Assembly: GCF_009914755.1 (NCBI RefSeq)
Contig: NC_060937.1
Strand: one strand, 5' to 3'
From: the human T2T-CHM13v2.0 reference genome, Homo sapiens
DNA length: 64,000 bases
Under the pieces are notes generated by a model. The model did not search any database and had not been told where the DNA came from. It was given only the letters and a program-made list of their open reading frames with translations. A program made the translations under genes and the position numbers. Below are positions 13,130 through 28,851 of the stretch, in pieces; the stretch's first letter is position 1; every line of letters begins with the position of its first letter.

Positions 13130-16100
13130 AAAACTTATTTCTTTAAGTGGGGTATGATGTGTTCCCATTACCTGCTCCCATAATGCTACCAGCATATGAG
13201 TCCAGTTACAGTAAGGCTTTCGGTTACAACGTGTGCAGTGTGCTTTTCCATGTCAACTACATTCAGTTCCAGTGTATATATTCTCTATATCATTTCTCAC
13301 ATGCTTAGGAGTTATTTGTCTATGGACTTGTATTATCACACACTGAAAGTTACAGATGAAGATTCTGTTTTATATATCTTTGTAGCTAGTCAAATGAACC
13401 TAATCAAATGAAAAGCAGATCACTCAAATAAATTATTGAATTCAATTATTAATACTTTTATATTACTTACAGTCATTTTAAAAATCTGTTGCCTAGAAGT
13501 AGACTCCATTTGAGATCTGACAACTGTATGGTATAATTCTCTACCTTCAAAATCTCAAGTACATAATTCCTTTTGCTGCCATAATATTAATCTGACTGTA
13601 TGGCATTTTTAGTGATTTTTGAATTCACGGTTATGCTATTCATAGTTAACTAAAATTTAAGGCTTTTTAAAATTATATGTTTAACATTTAAAAAAATTTA
13701 AATATAACACTTTCCATTCACCCTAATGTAATTTTTGTTCTTGCTTTTATAATGATATAACTTCCTGTTTAATTTTCTTTCATTCCCATCAAATATTTCT
13801 AAGTTTTAAGGCTTTCATCTATCTTTCAAAAATTGAAAACTATTAATTGCGGGAACCATGTCTATCAGAGATGAGTGTTCTCTTGCATTGGTCACATGCA
13901 AATTTTTTTGAGATAGAGTTTGGCTTTCATGAAATTTCTTTATAAAGTGCTATATACATCAGGTATTCTAAAATAAATGTTTGGTCCTAGAATATTGAAT
14001 TTTTGATAACTGTCAGATATGAGTGGAAAATAATGTAGTAATTTGTGACTGAATTAGAACATGAGTTGTATAATTTTTCATTTCTGTGCTGAGATGCTCA
14101 GAGACATGTATTTCTGGTTTATCTTTTATCTTCCTTATACAATGCACATTGCATGGACAGAAAAGTTAGATATACTTATTGAATTTATGTAAAGTATACC
14201 ATATTCAAAGTCTTAGTTATAAGTAATTCTGGTATCAAATTCAGTATATGAAGAAAAACTTGAATATATCCACAAGACTTCAAGCTTTATAATACATATT
14301 TTGGGCAAGCTACATATTTTTATAAGTACCCTTCTTCAATGGTATTTGCTGAATAGATTCCCAAGTAGTACTTACATTTGCGTTATTTTCTTTTAGAGAT
14401 GTATTTGTTCATTTTTCTGTACACATTAACAACTTAAAATTTAATATGAATTTTATTGACTATCTCCTCACAAAATAAATGCAAGATCATTTTACTGTTA
14501 AATCCCCACAATTCTATAATAATGATACCATTACCAAGATAGCTCTCTTTCTCATAACTGTGAGTCATTCTCAAATTTTCTTTTTTAGCCAGTTACTATA
14601 AACCGATGGGAACAAAATTTACCAGAAATTCTAGTAGATGAATAAAAATACTATAATTTTCAGGGAAACTATTCCTAAAATGTGTAACTGCTACTTTAGT
14701 GTGCATTTCTTTTCTGCCATTGTGACTATTATCTTTGTTTGACTTTATATGTTTCCATATTAAGAAGCTGAAAAGAGCATGTCTTCCTTTTCACTTATTT
14801 TTACAGGTTGGGAAAGACATGGATACTTCTTTAATATAATTTCCTTTCTATATAAAGGAAATATTAATTTGGATCTGTTAAAAGAATTAACTCCTGCTCA
14901 GAAAGTTTAGTAATAAAGCTGCATTTCTATTTTAAGTTAAATATATTAGACTAGACTGAATTAGTGAGGAGCAAAGACAGGAAACCAGGAAGTTCCTGGC
15001 ATTATGGTTGATTATACAAATTAGAACCTTATAGAACTACTTGATCAACTTCACTAAATCTACCTTCTCATTTCTGTTTCTGTGTGTGTAACTCTTCTAA
15101 CTGAAATAAATGCACTAGTAACAATCCTCATTGCTCATTCATAACTGTGCCTGTTCTGTGTAATCTACCTCTCTAGTTCTTAAGACCCGGCACAGGGATT
15201 ACTTCCTCCAAAAAGCCATATGTGGCCGATGTATGTGGATGACATATGGGATTCCATAGCACTCTTGTTTTTTCTGTTGTAGCATTATTTCAGTCTATTG
15301 TGATTATTTATTTATTTTTCTGTTTTCTTTCTCCCCCCTCTGTTGTACTATGGATACCTTCAAAGGAGGATTAAGACTTCTTTCTATAATCTTGTTTTTA
15401 TCTCCCACATTTTACTCAAACCTACATTACTTAGGATGCAAGAGGACCATATATCCAATGCAATTTGTTCAAGTTCACAAAGTTTGATATCAGTAGCATT
15501 TTATCCTGCTAGATCACTCTTGGTAATCTTTTCTTCCTTTGGATTCTTTGGCACTGGGTTCTTCTGGTGTTCTTTTACCATCTCGCTCTTCTTACTGACC
15601 TTCATTTGCTGCTTCTTCCTCCTCCAACAAATTATACTTATTTTATCCATTGGTTTATCACTCATGTAGGTTCTATGGATTCAGAGGCAAAAGATAATAA
15701 TAAAGAGGGTTTTTTTAGGGCTCTGTTGTAATCTCTCTCCTTTCACTATCTCTGTCTCCAGGCCCCCTTATTAGCATCCGTGGTTTCCAGTATTATGTAT
15801 GTGTTAAAGACTTTTGTGTCAGACCTCATTTCTGAAATTAAAATGATAAATCTAAATTCCTGTAATACTTCTGCATACAAACAGCACAATGAGGATATCT
15901 AAAACTAAATTTATTATTTCATTAGAAATTACTCTATTACAGATAGAAGGAAATATAGATTTTATTTTTTTATTAAAATAAGCTTGAGTTATTTGAAAAG
16001 AGTCTGTCATAATGAAAAAGACCCTAAATTTGTATTCTTGGCCTAACTCTGCAAGCTGTCAGTAACTGACTTAGTAATCCTGGAGACCTCTCAGAATTGT

Positions 16101-17254
16101 ATTTTAATTGCTAGAAAATATTTTACTTCTCATCTAAGATATAAAAATTATTTGTTTCTATGATCCTAAGATCTATGGTATTAATATTGTATTAGCATTT
16201 GAAAAAAAAAACTGAAAATAAAACCCTAGAATCTTTGAATCTAGATGACTTTATCCAGGCATGTCCATTAAACCATTTTGAGGTTGCATTTTTGCTCCCT
16301 CTTTTCTGTGGTTTGATCTTTTAATATATTCTTCCTTAACTTTCCATCTTTTCTCCATTCTAAACCCACAGAATAAAACAGGGAAATCTGACTTGCTACT
16401 AATTTCCATGTATCTTCCTATAGTTGCCATTATTATTAGCAATCTAAGAAGACAGGCCCAACACTTATTTCTTCCTAGTACAAAGTTAACTTGGCATTTA
16501 ATGGGAACTATTTCCTGGAGCCTACTGTTTTCACATAATTTCCAAGCACAAATTTCATTACTTCAAGCACTTTTAGAAGAGAATATGTCATTTTTCTTTA
16601 CCATCATTTAATGTTGAAACTTATCAACACATACATAACCACTTTTTTCCAATAGTTAAAATTAAACAATTTGTATTTTGAGTGTTTCCCCAGAAATAAT
16701 AATACTGGAAACATACAACTCAATATTGGTTTAGGAAGTAAACTATTGTGACAGAAACAATCAGATTTAGATATACTGGGAATAAATACTAACCCCCCCT
16801 AAAAAATGATATACTGAATGGCCTAGTAGTAGTAGCCTTATACAATGGTTTAGAAAGAAAGACAGATCTGACCAAGTGGTTAGACTTTTATATTACATTT
16901 GAGAGATTTGCCGTCCTCTTGAGGAAACGCAATGTATGCCTTCATTGCTACTTATATTTAGTTCTACTGCTATTCCTTCACTTTGAACCTAAGAAATTAG
17001 GAACTACTTTTCAGATTTTGCAAAAGGAAGAGCAAAAGAAGTCTGTGAATGATGATCAATTCCATCGTAAAGATCAAGTTTCTACTTTTTTTTGTATTTT
17101 AAGATTTACTATTCCAATTTTACATCTTGAAGTTAATGTAATTTTTTACTTACTGAAAAGAACTTCATAGCTAATTGCATAAAGTTAAACCTTAACTGTG
17201 ATAAATGAAAGTTTTCCGACAGTGTACATGTAAGATTAATTTTAAAGTCCTGTC

Positions 17255-17346
17255 TAGTAGGCTTATAGTTAATAGTAGTATATTGTTTACTTACAAATTT
17301 CTTAAGAAGATAGATCTCATGTTAAGTGTTTTTACTATGATAAAAA
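17255..17346 (+). mobile_element. Old L1 (L1MA/MB) 3' end
   Basis: TATAGTTAATAGTAGTATATTG...GATAGATCTCATGTTAAGTGTT resembles an L1M terminus. Confidence 0.6.
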
Positions 17347-17398
17347 TCTTTTCAAACTTACCTCCATAAAAGTCATCTACATGTATAAAGCATTTACT

Positions 17399-17431
<33 letters not shown>

Positions 17432-17435
17432 TGTG

Positions 17436-17487
<52 letters not shown>

Positions 17488-17490
17488 GAT
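17399..17490. repeat. Compound STR: (TG)n then (AGAT)12
   Basis: Read directly. AGAT units span 17437-17484. Confidence 0.98.
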
Positions 17491-18253
17491 GTATTTTCTC
17501 CTAATCACATAAATAAAAATTTTAAGTGACTGGAATAGTATGTATATACACTTTGTAATATGCATGCATATATACATACACAAACATATATATGACTTGG
17601 TATATGCAAATATATTATATAACATGCACATAATGTATACATTTGCAAGTAAAACACCTGTTAAGTTAAACTACCCAAAGTAAAAGCTAATGAAAGCAGA
17701 GATCCCGAGAAACAAGCCTAGCTTATTTGCTCTTGCAATCAGCCCTTATAAGCTTAAAGTCTTTAGAACAGATTGTGCTTACCTAAAGATTAATTACCTT
17801 TTTAAGTCATACTTATATTATCATGTAAATATTAAGTCTTTATTACTGATCATTATTTTTGTGCTCTCTGTAAAACTCCAATAATATATGTTTTTCTGAT
17901 TTATTCTAGTTATGAAACTGAACTTAAGAGGGTAATTAAGAATATTTGTACTTGAGAGGTTCAAGTTTTGCCAAGTTAACCAAATCATTTGTGTAATATT
18001 TTCCAAAGAAAAGGAACTCTACATAATAAACTAGTCAAAATGAAACTAAAATTCTCTTGTGATGCTTTCCTTCTTGTTAAATGTCTTCCATGAGGTATAA
18101 AATCTGCCTGGAAGTTATTATCTGAAACACTAACAGTGTTCTCATAGTTGTATTATTGATGATCAAAAATTCAAGAGAGATTAGAAGATTGCAATGAATT
18201 CTTACAATTCTATATTTCCTTGGCATCTGTTTTCCATACAAGTCTAACTTTCT

Positions 18254-19090
18254 CATACCAGAAGTGGGGTTCAGTCACCCCTGCCACATTTTCTGTTCTA
18301 CATCACATATAAAAGGCTCAAGCCAGTGACCAGAGATACGAAATTAGAAGCATCTCTCCTGATTAGCAGACTGTGATCCAGGCTTTCCTTCTGCTTTCTT
18401 CAAAGGGACCCTTCAGGCATTTGTCCGTGAACTTAAAGTGACTCACATCCCGTTCACTTATACGTGTTGCTAGTTGTCACGTTCTCTCTCTCATTCTCTC
18501 TTGCTGCTCCTGTGACTGGGAATAGAGGACTATCCTCCTGACTTATTGCACCCTCCTTGCCCAGGGTCTGTAAGTAAAAATCTTTTAACTTGTTTTCTAT
18601 TGTGGTAGTATGTTGAATCTGCACCTTTCATGGGAAGAACTAAGGGCTGCCCCAGGCCAGGTTTTTCCGCAGGATGTGGATAAGGGGAGGGGAAACCCGA
18701 GGTCGGCCTTCCCGCACCAGAGTGATGGTCAGACAAAGGTCAGACAAGACCCACAAGAACACTGGCCAGTGTAACTAAGTTTTCTGTGTGGGGGTCCCTA
18801 TTTAAGAGTTGGGCAACTAGGTATTTGCTTATACAATAAGCAAATTTTATTTATTTATACATAATAATTATTTTTTATTATTTATACAAACAAGCGAATA
18901 TGCAACAAAAATTATTTATTGTTTACTTATACAAATAAGCAAATTACCTGGCCTTCCACCAGGTAAAAGAAGTATCCCATGAAAGGCAATTTGTAAACAC
19001 CCATGTCCAGCTCCCCTTCATTTCCCATTAGGGCAGGGTGGCTAGCTGCTCCATTACTGGAACTTCACTTTAGCTGGGACTCTCAAAACA
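18254..19090 (+). mobile_element. MER54-like ERVL solo LTR
   Basis: Starts (CA)TACCAGAAGTGGGGTTCAGTCACCC, contains CCAGGTAAAAGAAGTATCCC, ends TTTAGCTGGGACTCTCAAAACA. Confidence 0.65.
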
Positions 19091-20220
19091 AAAATGAGAG
19101 TGTAGAAGAAGAGCAAGGTATAAAACAAAACCCCTGAGGCCCATATCTCTTGCAACTTGGAAGACAATTACAGTAAATGGAATGATTACATATACAAGAA
19201 AAATAATCAGAGATGCTATTGAGGATATTGGCAAAACAAAACAAAAAAACAAACAAAAAACAGAAAAAAGTAAAAGCAAAGAGAAGAGAAGAAAGCTAGG
19301 AGAAAACTAGGCTCTCTTTTTGCTTGTTGAAATAGAAACATTTGTACTTAAAAAAAAAATTCAAATGAGAAGATATCTCTGCAGAAGTTGTTCCCAAAAC
19401 AAATAGAAGAATCCTCTCTCAGAAAAAGCAGGGAGTTTACCCATGCACTGTGTCTAGATGATGACTTTGTTAAGCTGGGAAATTTCCTGGGTAAGTAAAA
19501 TAACATCACCCTTAAGAAAGTCTTAGGGGAAAAAACCTAGAAGGAGAGCACAGAAAAATGCCTAAATTTTTTAAAATTCTAATGTATGTATTTATGTGTG
19601 TGAGAAATAGGAATAGCTGACATCTATATAGGCTGATACTTATATAATATATATAATATTTGATATGTGCATATCAGATAAACATGACATGTGGAAAGCA
19701 GATGTCTGTTTAAAGCACAAAAGTGCCACTTGAGATTTTACGTATGGTTCAGCATTACATTGTTTTCTCTGTCAATGGTGTGTTGGGTCTGGCTGTGAGC
19801 CCAATTCTCTCACATAATGATTAACTGAGACTAGCACAGTACCATCTGGTAGTGTCTCAGGTATGAAATACATGAAAAAAAATCTACCAATTTATGCATT
19901 TTATCCTGAAAGTGTAATAAGTCATGATACGACACTTTTTCTGTGATGAAGCCATGACATCTCTTGCAAATAAATGAAACAGATAAGATTTTACTTGATT
20001 GTTATAGAAGAATGAAAAAACTATAAAATCTAGAGAACAGGTGCGGAATAATAACTTTTTATATGGAGTCAGAAATTTGAAAGTAATCACACTTGTAATA
20101 TGATGAGGAGCTGAATAGTTATACAATTAAGGGCAATGTAGTAAAAGACAAACAGGCACTACTAGGCAGGATTGTGTGAATCTATGAACTTTTCATCAGA
20201 AAAGAATTAATGATCTTTAA

Positions 20221-20580
<360 letters not shown>

Positions 20581-20753
20581 TAACATTTTTATCTTATTAA
20601 ATGATTTATATGTGGGTTTAGGTAGACCACTTTGTACAATCTACATGTGTATTTGTCTTTTTGTTGTCTATCTGTTATCTGTTGTCTTACTTTTTTTTTT
20701 TTTTTTTGCTATACATATGATGTTTTAATGTTTCTTGTGTTCTATTCCTATAA

Positions 20754-21235
<482 letters not shown>

Positions 21236-24200
21236 AAAGATGGATCTTTTTTATTTTATATTTTATTTTGTTAATAAATATGCCTTCATTAAGAATCCTT
21301 ATTAGAATTTTTTATGTTTTTCAAAGTATGTGTAGTAACTAAAAATGTATCACGTGACTAATTGGATAAGGAATAAATAAATGAACGCATACATCTTATA
21401 TGATACTCTTATAAATAGTTATTTTGACTGTAACCTTAAAATGTTCCCTGATCTGATATTTTCTTTTTCAAAAAGGACACTGGAGTATATAACATGCTCA
21501 ACAACACGTTAGTCTGTTATAGGTTAAAACATGTTACAACTACATTCTTTTGCTACTTACTTTAATGAATCCTCCTGGAGGAAGTCTAAGACAGTAATGT
21601 CTCAGACAGAAATTCATCTTATAATAGGTCATGTAATAGCAAGGCTTCAGGACATTTAGACATAAATTTTTTTAGTTTATTGTTTCCTTTATTTGCCAAT
21701 CTGAGGTTTTTCCAAAAGACGAAACTGTCTTCCAAAATTCACTGTAATATTGGTATTTTAAGTAAGAGTTGAAGGTTGAATGAATCTTTGACCTTGGTAG
21801 AAATGATGGTGTATGTACGTTTTTCTTCACTGAAACTTTTCTTTAACTCATCATTTTCCTAAATGATTTATAGTGCTTGCTGTTGCTCCCATTCATTTGA
21901 ACTGATATTTTAGATATGGAGACCGCCCAGGGAAATGTAATTCCCCTATTCTTACTGCAATGTTTTCATCATCTTTCAAATGGACCTCAGACATGGTATA
22001 CAGTATATTTGGACACTAACTGAACACTGGATCATGGAACCTTAACTACAAATTTTCATCATAAATTGGTAAAAAAAAAAAAAAACCCATTAAGGAATGA
22101 TGAAATCATAAGATATAGTGAAAAAAAGGTATGCAGTGTTAGCATATTTTTGAAGATGTCTATATAGAGACGTAAAGCACAAATAAATGTTTACCTTTCT
22201 TTGAAAATATGCAAAGACATTTTGATCCTTAGTAAACACAAAAATGTCAAAATTAAGGATTTACTTTATTGTAATTCCTACGGAGAGATTATATTCTTTA
22301 GTTGCTGTTGATTGATTTGATTGTGGGCGTGTATATTGGGACAGCGCTTTTTTACGCTATTATCTCATGAAATCTAAATATCATACATGTCTACATTTTT
22401 CTGCGTACGTGAGATATTTCAGCTGAGATACGTGTTAAATTTGATAAGATTTTAGAAAATTCCAATTCATCTCTCTTTCTGAGAAAATCTTCTTGCTGCC
22501 ATCCTCAATTACTTCACAAACTGATAGAACTTGGCATGTTTAACTGATAAGGGTCCCAGAATTGTGATTAACATTGCAGATGGAAATGGTAAAAGGCAAA
22601 GTTGTGCTAACAACAATATGGTTGTTCAAGTGTTTAAATTAGAAATTTTAGCAAACCAGCTTCTTTGCACTAAATTTAATCCCTTAAGGAAATGGCAGCT
22701 ACAAAACACTGACAGCTCTTTTTTTCTCCTTATAACTAGCTATAAATGAGTTACTAGTTTAGCATAAAAATAGTTTGGGGTGAGAAATACACACTTTGGT
22801 TTTGTAATTTGAATTGTTTTAAAATTCATTCTTTATAATTCAGTCTATTGTCATATTTAGTTGACATTTTTAATACATTTAATATGTCTATTTGGTATAT
22901 TGCACAAGTGAATGTAATGTAAGAACATAAGACGATTTCAATTATGAAGCATGTCCTCCCACCCCTCACTTAGTACTATCAAGACTTCTTAGGGCAAGGA
23001 CTCTTTTCCAGTATCTGTACATTTAGAAAGTAAATAACAAGAATTGTTCACTATAGACCTATAATTTACTGCTGTTTAAGTGTGCTCACTATTATCCAAA
23101 TAAAGTATTGAATATCTTACACATTTTACACTGAATATTCTTATGGATATATATCACTATAAAATAGTACTTTCAGTTTGCATTCATCCTTATGGTTGAA
23201 TAGTTTGTAGTGAAACATATTTAAAGAAAAGAATAAATTTAAAGGAATTCTGGCATACAGTTACATTTGATGTAGCTTCTGTTTAAAGCAGCTTATAGCT
23301 AAAATCAGTTTTCATTATGGGCTCTCAATAAAGGTTAGGATTTATCAGGCACATTCCATGTTGGTATCTCTTTGATTTGTTTACTTCGCTTTTGAGGTTG
23401 GACAATTTTCTAATTTTCACATTTATTTGTGGGCTAACATAGCTTTCAATGAATATTAGACCACTGATGGAAAGAGTTGAAAAGGTGTTTTAATTCTCTT
23501 TTAGAATTCACAGAAAAGGATTAAGCAGCTAAAAGTAACATAGATGGTCTGTTGCTATTTAAAAAAGATAAATATTTGTTTCCAAGTAGGTGAAGAAAAA
23601 AATACTTGGAAACTATGGTTCCTTTTCAGTTTGTCATTAGGTAGTTTCAGTGTGACACTTTGGTGTAATATCTTGCAATCCTACTCAAGGTGATATGATG
23701 CCAGGCTATGGTCTGCAGCATGCAGCTCAGCACTTGATCTTGTGAACTATATTTACCAGGGAGCAGAATGGGATAATTGGGTAACCAAAATACTAGGAAG
23801 AATGTGTTTTAATGGGTTAATTCATTATAACAGGTATATCTTAAGCCTTTTTATTTCTTCTATTGAAAGATAATAGATACAGTAAACCAAACCAAACAAC
23901 TGTAAAGATTATTGAGTAAATATCTTTGTAACCAGATAAGGAGATAACAATTTGCTAAGGACCCCAGAACCCTCTCCATGTGTCCCATCCCAATTATAGT
24001 CCTGTCTCTTTGCAAAATAGTAGCCACCTCTCTGGACTTTTGTAGTAAACACTTCTCTGTGTGTTTTCATTTTATCTGTCAAGTGTGCAATTCTAGACAC
24101 TGTAACTCAGTTGTCCCCATAAAGCATGATAGAGCTTTTGAGTCTCTTTACTTACACATTCTTCCTTTATCCTACTCTTCTCACCATAGTTTATCTGTTG

Positions 24201-24994
24201 AAGAACCTAGGCTCTTTGACCTGCAGAGTGTCTCACAGTCTGGGTCTTACTGATTTCACTCTCTTTACATGGTTCAATATGTTCTACTGACATCCATATT
24301 TCCTAGGTATTGGCAACGGAATCCTGAATTGGGGTTTAATCTTTTTGGAAGTCATATAGGTGATGTGTTTTTTCAATGGGAGGCACTTAAGACGGAGTGT
24401 ATACTTCATGTAAGAAAGGAAGGATAAATGTTTAATGCTTACCCACTTACCCTTTATTTACCAGTTAATGAATTATTCCCCAATACTATCTAAAATTTTT
24501 AAAAATATAATTATAAATGTATTGATTGTAATTAGTATGCTTTCTGAAGCTCAGGTGATCCCATTTTTGACTAATTCTGGATTCTTCACATTGGCTCTCA
24601 AGTCCTTTTGACATAACCTGGTAGTCCTGATAGCCTCCTGACTATTTGTTATGAAGACATGATGGTCCAGGTTCAAATTGTACATTTCCAGCTTCAGTTG
24701 TGAAGTCAGTATTTTTTCTAGGAATTCTGGAGTGTTTTTGATTGAAATTAATGTTTTGAGATTACAGTCTAATTGCTTCTGTTGGCATTGTTCCTGTACT
24801 TTTTGTTTAAGGAAGTATATATATATATTATACATGATAAAATAGTATGTGTAGATAAACATGTAGAGATATTAATATACATGTATAATATTGCTATGTA
24901 TATCTACATGTATTCTATATATGTTAAAATACTTCTTGAGTTTATTTGGTAACTTTTCATCCATAGTTAGGACTATTAGGTTTTGTTTAATTGG

Positions 24995-25354
24995 GGATAT
25001 GGACTGCATGATTGTGTCCCCTCAAAATTTGTAATTTGAAGCCTAATTCCCAATGTTATGGCATTTGGAGGTTGGGCCTTTGAGAGGTAATTAGGTCATG
25101 AAGGTCAAGTCCTCATGGATAGGATTAGTGTCCTTAAAGAAGACCAAAAGACTAGGGTGTTCTCACTCTACTCTTTGCCCTATAAAGATACAACAAATAG
25201 ACGACCATCTGCAAACCAGGAAAAATACCCTCGACAGACACTGAATCTATTTATACCTTAATCTTAGACTTCCCAGACTCTAGAACTGTGAGAAGTAACC
25301 TTAACTTGTTTCATCTACCCAATCTACAGTATACTGCCCAAACTCACTACAACA
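24995..25354 (+). mobile_element. MLT1A-like solo LTR
   Basis: TATGGACTG...TGTCCCTCAAAATT...TTTGGAGGTTGGGCCTTTGAGAGGTAATTAGGTCATGA...CTAGAACTGTGAGAA. Confidence 0.75.
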
Positions 25355-26440
25355 ACCACTTTAGTATTCCATCTATTTAGTATTCCATCTATTTCCCCAT
25401 TATTACATACTATAAATTCTGTCTCTCACGGGCAGAAAGGATGGCATAGATAGAATGTCCTATAATTACTATTTTTTTCTGTCATGTCACACACACAATA
25501 GTATTAGATAGACAAAACTAAACATGATTCCCTCAACAGAATTACTGAGAAGAGTTAAAATACTTTTTGCATATGTTTTTGTGTTGTCCACTCGGTTTTT
25601 TATAGTTGTACTATATCTACGTTATTAGAACATATAGCCATTACATACTATACTCTGCCCTTTTTATTCCTTATATAGTCTTAGTTTCACAAATAACTAT
25701 AATTGTAATGCTCATTATCTGATGATGTTATCTAAAGATCGCACACTAATAAAAGTCTCAGGAGGAGCTCATGGGCACAATATTCCCTGAGTCCTCACAC
25801 ATTAATAGCAGTTTGTCTTTACCCTTATACCTGTAAGTCATTACTTTTTCATGCATTAAATTATTGGCTCACATTTTTCTCCCTTGGGTAACTTACATAT
25901 GTACCTTCAATTCATTCTGGTCTTAAACCGTTTTCATAAAGTCTGAGGATAAAATACTTTCTTTGAATTATAAGTTGAATGCTATCTTTTCCTAGATGCA
26001 CAAATGATTTTATAAAATATCTCTTTAATATCCAGTAATTTCACTAGCATATTTCTTGGTAACAGCTTTTCTGGTTCAATATTTTCAGGTACACGTGGCA
26101 ATCCTTCAGTATGTAGTTTCTATTCTAGTCCGAAAGCTCTCTTGAATTATTTTTTTAGTACTAATTCTATTGCTTTTGTTTCCTTTTTCAAAAAAACCAT
26201 TATTCATATGTTGGTTCTTACTTTCCACAATTGAATATTTATCGCATTTTCTTTTGTTCTTCTTCGTTTCCTTTTTCTCTTCCTCCTCCCTCTTTCTCCT
26301 CCTCTTCTCTCTTCTTTCATTCTAATTATTTTAGACAGGATATTGAGGTAAAAATTAACATTCCACAAATTTAGTATTTTAAAGTACAATTTAATAGGGG
26401 TATAATTTATATTCAGTAAAATTCATCTTTCTTAAATGCA

Positions 26441-26652
26441 TTATATATATATACGTGTGTATATATATATAATACTATATAAAGTGTATATATAAAATAT
26501 TATATATAAAGTATATATAAAATGTTATATATAAAGTATATATAATATATATAGTATATATAATATATACATAAAGTATATATATAAAATATTATATATA
26601 AAGTATACATATAAAATATTATATATATAAAGTATATATATATAAAATATAA
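26441..26652. repeat. TA-rich low-complexity tandem array (TATATAAAGTATATATAAAA-like units)
   Basis: Read directly. Confidence 0.9.
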
Positions 26653-26730
26653 ATCTACATGATGAAGTAACCAGCAGCACAATCAAACTAGAGAACATTT
26701 TTAACATCTCACATAGTCTTTTCAGGTTCC

Positions 26731-27412
<682 letters not shown>

Positions 27413-27604
27413 TCAGGTTCCTATTTAGTCAACCATCTTCTGCTACCCTTGCTCCTGCTGACAACCACTGATATGATTTTTTTACTCGATATTTTTTTAC
27501 TCTTGTAGAGGTTATATAATTGGAATGATACATTATGTAGCCTTTTATGCCTGGCATTCTTCGCTTAGCATAATGCACTTTACAAACCTATGTTTTCTTT
27601 AATT

Positions 27605-27935
27605 TTCAATCAATTCATTTATTCAGTGAATATTTACTGAGCATGTACTATGTACTAGGTATGTAGCACACTTACCAGGTTCTAGGCTTTAGGAATACAA
27701 GAGTAAACAAAGCAGACAAAAAATACCTATCTTCATGGAGAGAGAAGATGTAGGAATGGGCAACAAATAATTATTATAAGTTTGTTAGAAGGTAATAAAT
27801 GAAAAAATAGAGAAAAAACTAGTTAGCATTTGTGGGGTGGGATGTGCAATTTTAAATGAGATGGTCAAATTAGGTCAAATTGAGAAACTGAACTTAGAGG
27901 AAAGATTGAAGAGAAGAAGAAATAAACCATAACTG
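27605..27935 (-). mobile_element. L2 3' fragment
   Basis: TTCATTTATTCAGTGAATATTTACTGAGCATGTACTATGT...GGAATACAAGAGTAAACAAAGCAGACAAA. Confidence 0.65.
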
Positions 27936-28159
27936 TATGGGTAGCTTATTCTCTGCTACCATTTATATTTTGCGGCTATTGTGAATGGTTGATTTTCTTA
28001 TATTTTCTAATTCTTTGTTAATAGTATAGAAAGGTGCAATGGATTTTTGCATTTATCTTTGTCTTATATTTGCTTTGTTTTGATTTTTTTAATGTACACA
28101 ACCAGCTTATGCAAACCAAAATTGTTTTTTAATCATTCCAATCCTCACATATTTATTTC

Positions 28160-28851
28160 TTTTTTTAAAAAAACTTTTATTTTAGGTTCAGTGGTAGCTA
28201 AAATAAATTAATACATGTGTTAATTTATTAACAAATTAATTAATTTATATAGATAAACTCATGTCACAGGGTTTTGTTGTACAGATTATTTTGTCACGCA
28301 GGCACTAAATCAAGTACCCAATAGTTATTTTTTCTGATCCTCTCCTCCTATCACCCTCCACCCTCAAATAGGCCCACTGTTTGTTGTTTCTCATTCTGCA
28401 TCCATGAGTTCTCATCATTTAGTTTTCACTTATAAGTGAGAGCACGCAGTATTTGGTTTTCTGTTCTTGCATTAGTTTGCTAAGGATAATAGTCCTCCAG
28501 CTCCATTTATGTTCCAGCAAAAGACATGCCTTCATTCATTTTTATGGCTGCATAGTATTCCAAGATACTTATGTACCACATTTTCTTTATCCATTCTGTC
28601 ACTGATGGGCATTTAGGTTGATTCCATGTCTTTGCTACTGTGAATAGTGCTGCAATGGATATTCATATGCATGTGTCTTTATGGTAGAAAGAGTTATATT
28701 CTTTTGGGCACATACACAGTAATGGAATTGCAGTTCTATGGGTAGTTCCGTTTTTAGCTCTTTGAAGAATCACCACACTGCTTTCCATGATGGTTGAACT
28801 AATTTAAAATCGCACCAACAGTGTATAAGCATTCCCTTTTCTCTGAAACCT
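28160..28851 (-). mobile_element. 5'-truncated primate L1 (L1PA13-15-like)
   Basis: Antisense L1 3'UTR and ORF2 end: AACTTTTATTTTAGGTTCAG...CACTTATAAGTGAGA...GGTTGAACTAATTTA. Confidence 0.85.
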
